Shown here piece by piece: positions 1-13,290 of a stretch of 64,000 bases of DNA (positions are counted from its first letter, which is position 1; every line of letters starts with the position of its first letter). A program made the translations under genes and the position numbers. A model generated the notes under the pieces. The model was given only the letters and a program-made list of their open reading frames with translations. It was not told the DNA's origin and did not search any database. The stretch is taken from contig NC_043021.1 of assembly GCF_006345805.1 (NCBI RefSeq), positions 15,066,001-15,130,000 on the forward strand, written 5' to 3'. The stretch comes from Octopus sinensis. Its lineage: Eukaryota.

Positions 1-60
1 TATATATATATAATATTATGTAATGTGTATATTATATATATATATATGTATGTATATATT

Positions 61-101
<41 letters not shown>

Positions 102-102
102 G

Positions 103-137
<35 letters not shown>

Positions 138-160
138 TCTATATGTGTATATCTATCTTT
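1..160. repeat. (TA)n microsatellite
   Basis: Direct inspection. Confidence 0.95.
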
Positions 161-423
161 AGATGGATAGATATTTCTATTGAATTGTATAAAATTCTTT
201 ATGTAACTCTTCTTTATATTGAGTCCGCCGTTGACTCTTCGTCCTTTTGAATGAAATCCATGTCCATCTCATTATTGTCCATTCATGTGTGTGTGTGTGT
301 ATGAGGATGCACACACATACATACACACTCACACATATACATGTCCACATACACACACATGCATGGACAATATATATTTATATACATCCGTGCATTCATA
401 TATGTATTATATATATAGGCATA

Positions 424-530
424 GGAGTGGCTGCGTGGTAAGTAGCTTGCTTACCAACCACATGGTTCCAGGTTCAGTCCCACTACTATAGCCTCGGGCC
501 GGCCAAAGCCTTGTGAGTACATTTTGTAGA
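424..530 (+). mobile_element. tRNA-headed SINE, family B (CORE-like; possibly octopus OR2-type), 5' part truncated by a MITE
   Basis: Head GGAGTGGCTGCGTGGTAAGTAGCTTGCTT...GGTTCAGTCCC. Fuller copies carry ACCTTGGGCAAGT, resembling the CORE domain. Confidence 0.7.
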
Positions 531-602
531 CACTGTGGTAAAATATACGAAGCCTAGTATACCCATCATGACTACCTGTCTGATAAGGGTATTATTATTA
601 TA

Positions 603-657
<55 letters not shown>

Positions 658-1165
658 TCACTGCCTGGAATCAAACTTGGAACCTTGGTGTTAGTAGCCC
701 GCACTCTTAACCACTACCCCGATGTAAATAATGTAAATAATGAGCAAATATTCTGCTCATTACCACAGATTTGCTTGTCACTTGTTTGACCTTAACCAGT
801 TGACCATGTCCCTTAGCAGTTGACGATATGTGCATCTCTCATCACAGAGCAGAAGTAGTGGGGGAGCATCATAGCCATGTGTTGAGAGGGATTCTTTAGG
901 GTTTCAATAATTCACCTCTGGAAACATGGGTGTTTCGTTCAATATCCTTAAACAAACCTTATTCAGGGATCTTTTGAGCAGAGTTGGCTACTCGTCCTGA
1001 AGAAAATTCTATCTGGGCTCCACCTGCAAGGTCATACACTGTTTTACCTTGATATGAGGTCACCATTTTGCATACATATGGTTGCAATGTATATGCCTGG
1101 TGTACTTTTTATCAGATAGGTAGTCATGGTGGGTATGTTGGGCTTCATATATTTGTATCCCAGTG
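531..1165. mobile_element. Non-autonomous DNA transposon (MITE) with ~60-bp imperfect TIRs starting CACTG
   Basis: 531-590 (cactgtggtaaaatatacgaagcctagtatacccatcatgactacctgtctgataa) is an inverted match to ~1108-1165. An (ATT)n plus tRNA-like fragment is nested at ~590-720. Confidence 0.7.
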
Positions 1166-1234
1166 TGATTTTGATGCTATGTACTGCTCTCTCACTCTAT
1201 AATAATAATTATAATAATAATAATAATAATAATA

Positions 1235-1447
1235 ATTTCAAATTTTGCCACAAGAGCAGTAATTTTGGGGGAGGGGATGAGTCGATTACATCGACCCCAG
1301 TATTCAACTGGTACTTTTCTTATCGACCCCAATAGGATGAAAGGTGAAGTCAACCTTAATGGAATTTGAACTCAGAACGTAGCACCGGACAAAATACTGC
1401 TAAGCATTTCGTCCAGTGCGCTAACGATTCTGCCAGCTCGTCACCTT
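1235..1447 (-). mobile_element. tRNA-derived SINE, family A-like (older subfamily, TTA tail)
   Basis: Reverse complement of the gagctggcagaatcgttagc...gagttcaaattcc...tttcatcct motif set. Confidence 0.75.
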
Positions 1448-2429
1448 AATAATAATGGTAATTCTTTCTACTAGGTCTGAAATTTTAGGGGAGTGGCAAG
1501 TTGATGACATCAACCCCAGTATGCAACAGGTACTTCATGAAGCTGACCCTCTCACCTCCCCAAGGTTCATAGTTCTATGAGCTGCATGTTACCTTAATTG
1601 TGCAGGTAAACACTAAAAGAGCACCAAGAACATGATGTAAAGTGATTGGCATTAGGAGGGGCACCCAGCCACAGAAATTATGACAAAGCAGACACTGGTT
1701 CACAGTGCAGTTCCTGGATTCATCAGATTCTGTGAAACTGTCCAATCCATGCCGGCATGGAACATGGATATCAAACTATGATGATGATGTCTTCTGCTAT
1801 TGTACCAAATTTTCTCAACCATCTCAGACAACTGTTCTCTAGAGCAAGGATTCTCAACCATTTTTTTGCCTATGCACCCGTTTGATTCTTATTTTATTCT
1901 ACTGGGCCTTCATAGACATTTGGTATGGATAAAAAAAATGGTACTTATTCTATCCATCTCTTTTACCAAACCAAAAGTTACAGGGACGTACACAAACCAA
2001 CAGCTGTTATCAGGTGGTGCTAGAAGACAAGCACAAAGACAAATGCACATGCTCACATACACACACACACACGCTCAACAGGCTTCCACACAGTTTCCAT
2101 GAATCAAATTTATCCACAAGAATTGGGGCTGTAGTAGAAGTCACTTGCCCAAGATGCTTTTCAGTGGGACCGAACCTAATCCCATGTGGTTGCAAACCAA
2201 GCCACTTAACCACATCTTTTCTTTCTTTTTCCTGAGAAATGACCAACCCATCACTGCAACAATAAAAATAACCTTCTCCCTTACCCTTTCATTTTTCCGT
2301 GTCTTTCATTAATTCTTCCCTTTTGTTCATGCTCTCATTCTATCCCCCCCCCCACATTCTGCCTTGCCGCTGTTGCACAGACATAAAGCATTTCATTTAA
2401 TCTTCTCTTTACTGTTTTCTGTATTACAG

Positions 2430-2500
2430 GAAGCTACATGAGGTGGATCACAATAAACCTTTATCAGTTTATGTGGGACATGATTCCTTACAGTCAATTG
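2430..2500 (+). CDS. DYNC2LI1: Dynein-2 light intermediate chain 1, internal exon (71 nt, phase 2 to 1): KLHEVDHNKPLSVYVGHDSLQSI(G)
   Basis: Acceptor ttttctgtattacag, donor gtaaat. Peptide VDHNKPLSVYVGHDSLQSIG matches the human DYNC2LI1 segment [20 protein letters not shown] (recalled, not searched). Confidence 0.9.
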
Positions 2501-3559
2501 GTAAATCTCATTCATTTGTTTATCTCTCTATTTATTCAGTTCCCTCATATATGTACATACACTGCACCTTATAGCAGAAACAACTGTAAGCTATTGAATG
2601 TCATTACATAATTCCTATTCCCTTGTTCATCATCACCACCACCACATCATCATCATCATCATCATTTAATGTCTGTTTTCCATGTCTGTTTTATATGTTT
2701 TTATAAAACATATAACTAGATCTCAAAAAGTATAAAAATAAATGATCAATATATACACACACATATATATATATACATATAGACACACACATATGAAGGT
2801 GTATGGCCTAGTGGTTAGGCTGTTGCGCTCATGATCGCAGGATCATGGGTTCAGTTCTCTGACTAGATGGTGTGTTGTGTTCTTGAGCAAAAACACTTCA
2901 TTTCACATTGCTCCCGTCCCCCTTCAATCAGAGGGGAATGTTGGCCTGCTCACCAAGCCAGTGGGATGATGTCATTTGAAGGCTAAAGCAATGCAAAAGC
3001 GCATTGTAACCGGCGATGTGTAACAACATCTGATAGTCTGGTTAATCATGTAATCATGTGCGATATATATATATATATATATAAGTAGCTTGCTCCGATT
3101 GTCTGTTGTGGCATTTTTTCGACAACTGGATGCCCTTCTTAAAACCAACCACATTACAAGAGCCTGCTGGATGCTTTTTTATGTGCCACCTGCACAGGTG
3201 CATTTATATGGCACTGGCATCAGTACATGTTATGTGGCGTCAGTACCTGTGAGACAAAGACCTCTCAACTGGGAGAAGGAGCAGAGACATGGCCAAAAAA
3301 AGGACATGCCTCTATGTATGGATGGCTGTGTTTCCTGGCTTCATGCAGCTCTGTCAGGCCTTCTGTCTCTTTATGTGTTCTTGTTCAAATTGAACAAAAG
3401 CATTAAACAATGAATGTAATTCCATTACTGTAACCTCTGTCGCAAGTGCTGCAATTTTTTGATATTTTTGATATTTTTTTCCGTGTGTAAGCATATAGAT
3501 ATGAAAATAAACAGATCAACATACAGACAGATAGGTACATAGGTTACAAGAACAGACAC

Positions 3560-4636
3560 ATATGGAAACACAGATTCACACATATAAAGATGCACATCCA
3601 TACATACAAACATAGTACATAGTTGCATAACACACACACACAGACAGACATGCACACACAAGAAGACAGAGGTGCATACATATACAAACACATGCTCACA
3701 CACACACACACACATAGAAAATACACAAACACAGACATGCAAGCACATAAATATGCAGGATACGTACATACAGATGTACACACATACATACATATATACA
3801 TATGCATACACACACATATATACATACATACACATGCAAACACACACACACATACATACATACATATGCATACACACACCTATATACATACATACACATG
3901 CAAACACACACACACATACATACATACATATGCATACACACACGTATATACATACATACACATGCAACACACACATATATACATACATACACATGCAACA
4001 CACACACATACATACATACATATGCATACACACACATATATATACATACATACACATGCAAACACACACATACATACATACATACATATGCATACACACA
4101 CGTATATACATACATACACATGCAAACACACACATACATACATACATACATATGCATACACACACGTATATACATACATACACATGCAAACACACACATA
4201 CATACATACATACATATGCATACACACACATATATATAGATACATACACATGCAAACACACACATACATACATACATACATATGCATGCACACACATATA
4301 TATAGATACATACACATGCAAACACACACATACATACATACATACATATGCATACACACACATATATACATACATACACATGCAAACACACACATACATA
4401 CATATATACATATGCATACACACACATATATACATACATACACATGCAAACACACACATACATACATATATACATATGCATACACACACATATATACATA
4501 CATACACATGCAAACACACACATACATACATATATACATATGCATACACACACATATATACATACATACACATGCAAACACATACATACATACATACATG
4601 CATGCATGTATAGGCACACACACACACACACACACT
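3560..4636. repeat. Compound CA/TA microsatellite with a 64-66 bp higher-order unit (~12 copies)
   Basis: tatgcat recurs at 3801, 3865, 3929, 4087, 4151, 4215, 4281, 4347, 4411, 4475 and 4539. Confidence 0.9.
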
Positions 4637-4959
4637 GACCCACACACATGTGCACAAACAAACAAAAGGGAATGCAGTGTAAATAACGGACAGTCAAGAC
4701 TATTGAAAAGGTTGCAAGATGCAACGAAAATTTTAGGAAAATAAAAATAAGAAAAAAGTGGAAATTTTACCGGTGGGTGTGTTAAATTATAAGGCACAAA
4801 ACAAAAATGACTCTCCCCAGATACAACAGGATATTTTTGATATATGTATCAAGCCTTATATATGACACCTACATGCAGTGTATAATTTTTTTCATGTGGA
4901 ACACAAAAACACACTATACATTCGTTAGATAACAATGCACCATGAAGCCCTCAGCTGCA

Positions 4960-5225
4960 AACCCCTTCAACTGCACAGCCATGTGTACATAGCTATTTTG
5001 TAGAAACTGCCGAAAAACAGATATAGTATATTAACAGTATCCCAATTAATCTACATTGGTGCTACCAGTGAGACCTTCAAAGATAAAAGTACACAACACA
5101 CAAACATTCTGGACTACAAATAGGAGAAATACAACACCCCTGTCTAAATATATTTGGAAGTTAAAAGAAAACCATGTAACTACAATGCAAACATAAAAAT
5201 GGAGGATAATAGATTGTGCAATTTA
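4960..5225 (+). mobile_element. Degenerate Penelope-like element GIY-YIG endonuclease relic
   Basis: Frameshifted peptides YIGATSETFKD (5052), SKYIWKLKEN (5143) and KWRIIDCA (~5197), typical of the PLE endonuclease C-terminal region. Confidence 0.65.
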
Positions 5226-5971
5226 TGCATAAATGATAAGGTATTTTAAGAGTTTCTTTTCTTAGTAATAGAAAGGAAGATTAAATATATTATTTGTATG
5301 CATCTATTTCTTTATACTTTCTCAAATTCATTTTCAAAATTTTTTATCTTATTTTTACCTTTGAAATAGGTGCTACTTTTTTAAAGGGGCCACATTTATA
5401 TAAATGATTTGCGAACATGCGCCCATTGCGTCACAATCACTAAACAAGATAAATGAGATCATATTAAGTAACAGTTACCAAAATATATCCTTCGTCAAAA
5501 AAAAAAGGCCGAACTCAAAACATGAAAGACAATTGCCAATTTCACGCATGCAAGTATAAGCGGGGGGGGGGGGGGTCATTGGCATCCACCAGAATTGAAC
5601 TACTACCAACCAAATTAAACTTACAGTACACCACATGCACTTATATACACACAAACACATACACAAAGGACCCAAATAAAATAAAAACCTTGATCAAAAA
5701 CATACACACACACTTAGAAAGACACAGATGGGGCCAATTCATAAATACCAGATCCTATAGAATACAAAAGGCATACACAAATTTTGAAACTATTTTCTTG
5801 ACCAAAACGAAATTCAAACACACACACACATACACACAACACACACACACACAATCATAGAAGCATAAACAAAGATACCCATGAAGAATTACTCAACCAT
5901 GAATCCTTATACCAGCTCCAATGAAACACTCTCCACATTTTTCTATGAACAAATATCTCCTATCTGACAAC

Positions 5972-6005
<34 letters not shown>

Positions 6006-6419
6006 CACACACACACACACACACCACACACACACACACACACATTCTCCACAAACAATTAACACTGACGAATTTAAGAGATTATTTCAGCAAATACACA
6101 AGAGACCAAAAGCGAAAACCCTCCTAAAAAGACAAAAAAGTCATTAAAAATAAAACGATAAAACAAAATACAGACTCTTAACCATGACCCTAATGAACAA
6201 TTTCAAACAAAAACAATAAATACGGGGACACAAAAAGAAATAAAAAAAATAAAAAAGGCAGCCAATCAGGAGACATAAAGATATCAAACAACCAACAAAA
6301 AAGAATTAAACAAAAAAATAAACCAATCAGCAGACACAAACAAAGGGCTCAACCCACACTGGTTTCAGTCATTGGACTGCAGCCATGCTGGAGCAACTAA
6401 TGTGTGGATGTGTTTTACT

Positions 6420-7090
6420 ACGAGTTCGTCCATTGTTGTTGACAGTAAGCAAGGACATCACACGAGAGAAGAAGATGGGTTGCAATGTTTTTGGCTGTGG
6501 CCGATCAGTCTGATGTGGGCTCAACAGGTTTTGCTGGTGGTCAGCTGGGGCTGAAAGCAAAGAGTTAGCTCTGGACTTGTAATGTTTGCATTTTCGTTGT
6601 GTCCCTGCAATCCTGTTCTGTTCGTAGGAGGTGGCATCTCCATTGGAGGCACATGGCCTAGTGGTTAAAGCAGCGGACTCATGGTCGAAGGATCGCGGGT
6701 TCAAATCTCAGATCGGGCAATGTGTGTGTTTATGAGTGAAACACCTAAGTTCCATGCGGTTCCGGCAGAAGGTAATGGCGAACTTCTGCTGACTCTTTCG
6801 CCACAACTTTCTCTCACTCTTTCCTCCTGCATCTTGCAGCCCACCTGTGACAGACCGGCATCCTGTCCAGGTGAGGAATTTATACACCAAGGAAACCGGC
6901 CCTTATGAGCCAGGCATGGCTCAAGAAGGAAGGAAGCATCTCCATTGGAGCAGTTTCACCAGGCAGATCAGTCTTGTGCTTGCGTTCCCCCAAGTGCTGG
7001 GGTTGATCTCAAAGCTCTTCAGTGGGGCTTTGAGTGTATCCTGAAAGAGCTTTTTCTGTCCACCTTATGTGTACTTGCCTTATGCCAGTT
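6420..7090 (-). mobile_element. RTE LINE 3' fragment, interrupted by a SINE
   Basis: Minus strand encodes decayed GQKKxFxDTLKAxLKSFEINPSTW..QAQD and a terminal TCxAHIRLIGHSQKHC zinc-knuckle-like stretch, then caacaatggacgaac at the 3' end. Confidence 0.75.
6649..6935 (+). mobile_element. tRNA-headed SINE (V-domain-like 3' region) with ~15-bp TSD
   Basis: Head GCACATGGCCTAGTGGTTAAAGC...GGGTTCAAATC; gcatctccattggag at both 6634-6648 and 6936-6950. Confidence 0.8.
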
Positions 7091-7375
7091 CACTTTGCAT
7101 TTCCCAAGTGAAAGGGTTTGATCACAATGTCATGGGGATGTAAACACACCAACACTGGTTGTCAATCAGTGGAGGGGGACAAACATAGACACAATGACAC
7201 ACAGACACGTACACATACACGCACACACACACAATGAGCTTCTTTCAGTTTCCATCTGCTAAATCCAATCCACTCACAAGTCTTTGGTTGGCCTGAGGCT
7301 ATAGTAGTAGAAAACACTTGCCTAAGGTGCTATGCAGCGGGGCTGAACCTGGAACCATGAGGCTGGGAAGCAAAC
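7090..7375 (-). mobile_element. SINE family B
   Basis: Same body as 16455-16900, with an internal CA repeat. Confidence 0.75.
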
Positions 7376-7382
7376 CTCTTAT

Positions 7383-8020
7383 TTCTTTATTTCCCACAAG
7401 GGGCCAAACATAGAGTGGACAAACAAGGACATACAAAGGGATTAAGTTGATTATATCAACCCCAGTGCGTAACTAGTACTTAATTTATTGACCACAAAAG
7501 GCAAAGTTGACCTGGGCGGAATTTGAACTCGGCATGTAACGGCAGACGAAATACCTATTTCTTTACTACCCACAAGGGGCTAAACACAGAGGGGACAAAC
7601 AAGGACAGACAAAGGGATTAAGTTGATTATATCAACCCCAGTGTGTAACTGGTACTTAATTTATTGACCCCGAAAGGACGAAAGGCTAAGTCGACCTGGG
7701 CGGAATTTGAACTCAACACGTAACGGCAGACGAAATACCTATTTCATTACTACCCACAAGGGGCTAAACACAGAGGGGACAAACAAGGACAGACAAAGGG
7801 ATTAAGTCGATTATATCGACCCCAGTGCATAACTGGTGCTTAATTTATCGACCCCGAAAGGATGAAAGGCAAAGTCGACCTGGGCGGAATTTGAATACAC
7901 AACGTAACGCAGACGAAATACCGCTAAGCATTTCGTTTGGCGTGCTAATGTTTCTGCCAGCTCGCCGCCTGAAATACCACTAAGCATTTCGCCCACCATG
8001 CTAACGTTTCTGCCAGCCTA
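7383..8020 (-). mobile_element. SINE family A trimer (one full plus two head-truncated monomers) and an extra head fragment
   Basis: Three ~180-bp units joined by gacgaaatacc|tatttc junctions. Confidence 0.85.
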
Positions 8021-8893
8021 ATTACCACACAGCCACTCCTGCACCCATTGGGCTATGCCTGTGCTTTTCAGGAAATTTCACTGTAAACATTTTTGTTGTA
8101 GGAAAATTTGCCATACAAAATTTTGCTTTAAATAATCTCATCACATTTTTTTTATATTTGATGTTGAATAAAGACTTCATTATTTAATGCTTTTATAATT
8201 CTTTTTATAATTTTTTTCTTCCTATTTCAAAAATTGATGATATAATATGCTTCCAGTGAATTTGCCTTATGACAAATTTTCTTATACAGCGAAATTTCTT
8301 GCAACAAATTTTCTGGACACAGGTGTGAGTTAATAGATACTAATAATCCTCTGCCCTTTCACCAATCCTTGACCAGTACTTTATTTTATTGACCCCAAAA
8401 TGATAAAAGACGAAGCTAACTTCTGCAAGATTTGAACTCAGAATGTATAGAAGACTGGACTAAAACACTTCAAAGTGTTTTTTTTTTTCCACCTCTCGAA
8501 CAATTCGGCCAACTTGCCACCTTGTCATTTCAGACAATAACGAAACTCTACCATCTGTTGGAGATACATAATGTTAGGTCGACTTGGCCATTGATGGTTA
8601 AGTGTGTTCGTTATGTACACAATACTATCGCTGCTATTAATGCTGTAATACTGGTTGATTAACACTTTGAGAACAAAGTTTATTGATGTTTCGACATCAA
8701 AGAAGACCGAGACACTTTATTGAGATACAAAAAAAGCAATAAGGTTGTTGGAATTTTTAAGTTCTCAATGAATATATAAATAAAAAATAAAAAATGAAAA
8801 TAAATAAATAAGTATAGCCTATGTCTGGACCTTAATAAAGAAAAGTAGGTATGTGTGTCTATATGTATATATACATGTATATATATATATATG

Positions 8894-8929
<36 letters not shown>

Positions 8930-10409
8930 TATGTTTATATATATACATATACATTTATATATATATGCACATATATACATATCTATTTACGTATATATAT
9001 ATATATATTTATATATATATACATACATACATATCTATTTATGCACACACACATATATATATATATATATAAACATGTGTATTTATATACATGTGTGTAT
9101 ATATAAATGTATATACACATATATATATTTACATTTATATACACTCATATATGTTTATTATTTTTATAGAAATATATACCGATCATCATCACCATCATCA
9201 TAATCTTAGTGTCTACTTTTCCAGGCTAGACTTTGTTTAGGTAGAATTTCCAGTGCCAGATGCCCTTTCTGATGCCAACCCTCACTTGTTACTAATTAAG
9301 ACAGTAATTGCCCAGCCTACCAAACAACGAACAGCCCAGACATGTTTTTGTGGAGGATTGCAAGCAGCCCCCCCCCCCCCGCCTTTCATATGAATATTGA
9401 AGCTTCTGTTTACAACCATAGCAAATGTCTATATGAGAGGAAATACGCACTTAATCACACACACACACACACACACAAATACATGTTTATTCTTACAAGG
9501 AAAAGGTTGATAGTGAGTTCAAAGCTTTGGCATGCTCCCCATCAGCTGACTGCACCCAGAGATGTTACTGCTGTCTAATGACCATTGGCCATAGAAAGTT
9601 TATTTATTGAGCAGATACATGTATAACAGAAGCATTAGGCCCGTGGATTGTCAGAATCCTTAGCACATCAATCAAAGATACCTTGCAGTATTATTTAGCT
9701 GCTGCTCTTTACATTCTCAGTTCAGCTCCCACTGGAGTCAACTTTACTCTTCACCCCTCCTGGGCTGATAAGATGAAGTACCAGTCTAGAACTGGGTTGT
9801 TGACTGCTTGTGTTGGTTAACCACATGCCACATAGTCGTGACAGATGAAGGGGCATTTTGCGGAGATGGGGACGACTGATTTTCCGCTCAACTGGTCACC
9901 CAGGAGGACCTGGGGATATACCAACAAATAGTGAATGCAACAGCACATGCCCCCACACTTGAGCTGGCCTGATCAGACCTTGAACTGGATCCAGTGGTTT
10001 CATGTAAGCTCCTCTTCTAGAATATTTAGTTATAGCTATTTACATTCTGAGTTCAAATCCCACAATAGTCAATTTAACTTTTCATCCCCACCAAGGTCAG
10101 AGAAATAAAGTATCAGTCCAGTACTGGGATCAGTGGTTTCAACTAAACCCCCTCCTCTCAAAATCATTGGTCTTGTACTTAAATCAGAAATCATTATTAT
10201 AAAACACTACAGATTTGTCATTGATCTATTGGCAATTCTGTGTTCAATCAATTCCTCTTTCATATGAAGCTACATGCACTTGGAAGTCCAGTATCTCAAC
10301 CCAGGTCAATATTTATCTCCCGTCTGCTTATTTATTTAGAGAGCCAACTGTTACCCACAAATAAATGACTTGGTAACATGTATCATGCTTCTGTTAATGG
10401 ATTTTAGGT

Positions 10410-11215
10410 GCGTGTGAGTTGCATTCCAGAATTTTTGAGACTTTTATTAAGGAGAAACCTTTGTTATTAATTTCAAAGAAGTAAAACAACTCTGGTCTCC
10501 TTCACAACAGGATCCTCACACTTAAGTGTTTTTTTTAAAATTATTTTTGTAGCATTCCATCCACTTTGTGAAGGCTCTATGAAAGTAATCCAAAGTGAAG
10601 GTCTCTAGGACCCTTGTCACAGCCTCCTTCAGCTTGGGGAACAACCAAAAGTCACAAGGAACAAGGTCCAGAGTGTTGGAAGGGTGAGGGTCAGTTTTGG
10701 TGCCCATCTCTGTCAAGTAGTTGGTTACCAAGATGGAATTGTGGACTGGTGCATGGGGCCCTGGTGCTAGTGCTCTGGCCTTTTGTGAGGAAAGGTTTCT
10801 CTGAATACCCTCAAAATGTCCACAAAATATTCTTTGTTGACCATCTGGTCAGAGGAAACCCAGTGGATGTAGATGATGCCTTTGCTCTCAAAGAAGGGAG
10901 TCATTATGAGCTTCCTGGTCGATTTACTTTGCCTTGCCTCATGTCCCAGCAAAAAAAACCAATGCTCAGTTCATACAAGTCAATCCATGGCCAGTCTGGA
11001 GCACTTCATAAGTTTCTGCAGTGTTATTGTCCAGTTTAACACAAAAAGCTTTATTGCATAGCAGGCTTCCAAATTGCGTTCACATCCAAACTGCATTCTG
11101 CAAACTCATCAGCTGTGACAAACAGTGTTTAGTAGGGTGAGTTCAAAGTGTTGTTACAGTGATCGCCTTCAATCTGGAATAAAAAAAGGCGGCAGGTCAC
11201 CTTATTAGATACATT
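10410..11215 (-). mobile_element. Mariner transposase relic
   Basis: Peptides ARQSKSTRKLIMTPFFESKGIIYIHWV...VNKEYFVDILRVFRE and PHPSNTLDLVPCDFWLFPKLK (decayed YSPDLAPCD motif). Confidence 0.85.
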
Positions 11216-11224
11216 TTTTTGGTT

Positions 11225-11435
11225 ATTTTTACTAGTTTCAGTCATTTGATTGTGGCCATGCTGGAGCACCACCTTAGCCGAACAAATGGACTGCCCCTCC
11301 CCCAGGTCTTTTTCTTTTGTAAGCCTAGTATTTATTATATCAGTAACTAAGTTACGGGCATGTAAACACACCAACAGCAGCTGTCAAGCGATGGTGGGGG
11401 GACAAACACAGACACACAAACATATATACACGTAC

Positions 11436-11500
<65 letters not shown>

Positions 11501-11655
11501 CATATATATGATGGGCTTCTTTCAGTTTCTGTCTACCAAATCCACTCACAAGGCTTTGGTTGGCCCGAGGCTATAGTAGAAGACACTTGCCCAAGGTGCC
11601 ACGTACAGGGACTGAACCCAGAACCATGTGGTTGGGAAGCAAACTTCTTACCGTA
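11225..11655 (-). mobile_element. SINE family B with internal (TA)n
   Basis: Full head, body and tail; microsatellite at ~11405-11510. Confidence 0.8.
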
Positions 11656-11929
11656 CATACACATCTGCTCCTATATACAGGTTTTTAAACTTTTTCCCAT
11701 TCACAAACTTTTTGGTATTCCATATTGTAAGAAACTCTCCATCTTCATTATTTTCTTTTAGCTCCTCATCACAATGCTTCAAGCAAGCTACAATGCTCAT
11801 ATATATATATATGTGTGTATGTATGTGTGTGTGTGCTGATTGCTACTTCTTGTCAGATGAGTGCCATCTCATCATTGAACACTGCACAATCATGAGCAAA
11901 ATTTTAGATTCTAAAAAATATGTGCAAGT

Positions 11930-11964
<35 letters not shown>

Positions 11965-12184
11965 TACAGTGGACCTCTACATGACCTCTACACAGTTTCT
12001 GACAGCCAAATTCCTCATACAAGGCATTGATTAATTTGAGGCTGTGGTTGAAGACACTAGTGGTATTCTGTGATTACGAACCAGTATGTTGTTTGTACAT
12101 GTGTGTGTGTGTGTTTGCCTGTTTCTTCAGTTTCTCAGTAAAATCCCGCCACTAAATAATTTTTTTTTTTCTCATCTATTTTAG

Positions 12185-12230
12185 GCCATTTGACACCCGG
12201 TGGACAAGATTCCAGAGAAATGCAGAACAA
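12185..12230 (+). CDS. DYNC2LI1: DYNC2LI1 internal exon (46 nt, phase 1 to 2): (G)HLTPGGQDSREMQN(K)
   Basis: Acceptor tcatctattttag, donor gtatgt; phases fit both neighbouring exons. Confidence 0.85.
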
Positions 12231-12714
12231 GTATGTGGTTTATGTTGTTCTCTCTTCTTTGTTGTTGTTGTTGTTTAACCACAGGTCAGTCCTGAATGAG
12301 CAGAGGAGTCCAGAATCTACTCAGAAGGTTTTTGTCGGCCTGAGGCTATAGTAGAAAACACTTGCCCAAGGTGCCCCACAGTGGGACTGAACCTGGAACC
12401 ATGTGGTTGGGAAGCAAGCGTCTTACCACACAGCATTGCCTGCACTTAATTATTAAACTATTAATGTTCCCTCTGAGTATTCTACTAGACAATCACATGT
12501 TGGAAGCTATTGAACTAACAACCATGATTGATGTTCAAATGCTGGGCCCCATGGAGGCGGCAGTGACAAGTGATCGAGACCATGGGTGATATACTATGCT
12601 TGAGAAGAACTGTCAAGCCAAGTGAGATTGTAGTCGTGGCTGATGCCAGTGTCACATAACTGGCATGTAAAAAGCACCCTTGAATATTGGGCAATGTGCT
12701 GTGCTTGAGAAGAC

Positions 12715-13290
12715 CCATCATCATCATCATCATCGTTTAATGTCCATTTTCCATGCTAGCATGTGTTGGATGGTTCGACCGGGGTCTGGGAAGTCAGGAG
12801 GCTACGCCGGGCTCCAGTATGATTTGGCAGTGTTTCTACAGCTGAATGCCCTTCCTAACGCCAACCACTCCGTGAGTGTAGTGGGTGCTTGTTACGTGCA
12901 ACCGGCACAGGAGCAAGAGGAGGCTGGCAAACGGCCACGATCAGTTGGTGCTGTTTACGTGCCACCGGCACAGGTGCCAGAGGAGGCTGTCAAACGACCA
13001 TGATCGGCTGGTGCTGTTTACGTGCCACCGGCACAGGGGTCAGAGGAGGCTGGAAAACGGCCACGATTGGTTGGTGCTTTTTACATGCCACTGGCACAGG
13101 TGCCAGAGGAAGCTGGCATCTGCCACGATTAGTTAGTGCTGTTTACGTGCCACCAGCACAGGGGCTAGAGGAGGCTGGAAAACAGCCACGATCGGTTGGT
13201 GCTTTTTACATGTCACCGACACGGACACCAGTCAGGCGGCGCTGGCATCAGCCACGTTTGGATGGTGCTTTTTACATGCTACCAAGCCAA
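12715..13290 (-). mobile_element. (GAT)n-tailed RTE 3' UTR-type repeat with ~62-63 bp internal tandem units, nested in a + strand copy of a related repeat
   Basis: catcatcgtttaatgtccattttccatgctagcatg...gcccttcctaacgccaacc followed by repeated gtgccaccggcacagg units. Confidence 0.8.

Noticed and set aside
424-482. tRNA-like sequences at SINE heads
   Set aside because: A/B-box-like motifs continue into SINE bodies, with no complete cloverleaf or acceptor stem; not tRNA genes.
3425-4797. Long overlapping ORFs up to 410 aa (also 43699-44261, 44290-45466, 45951-46614, 51309-51758, 56707-57184)
   Set aside because: They are translations of di-, tri- and tetranucleotide repeats (CVY/HTI/HP/M-rich), open in several frames on both strands, with no protein signal.
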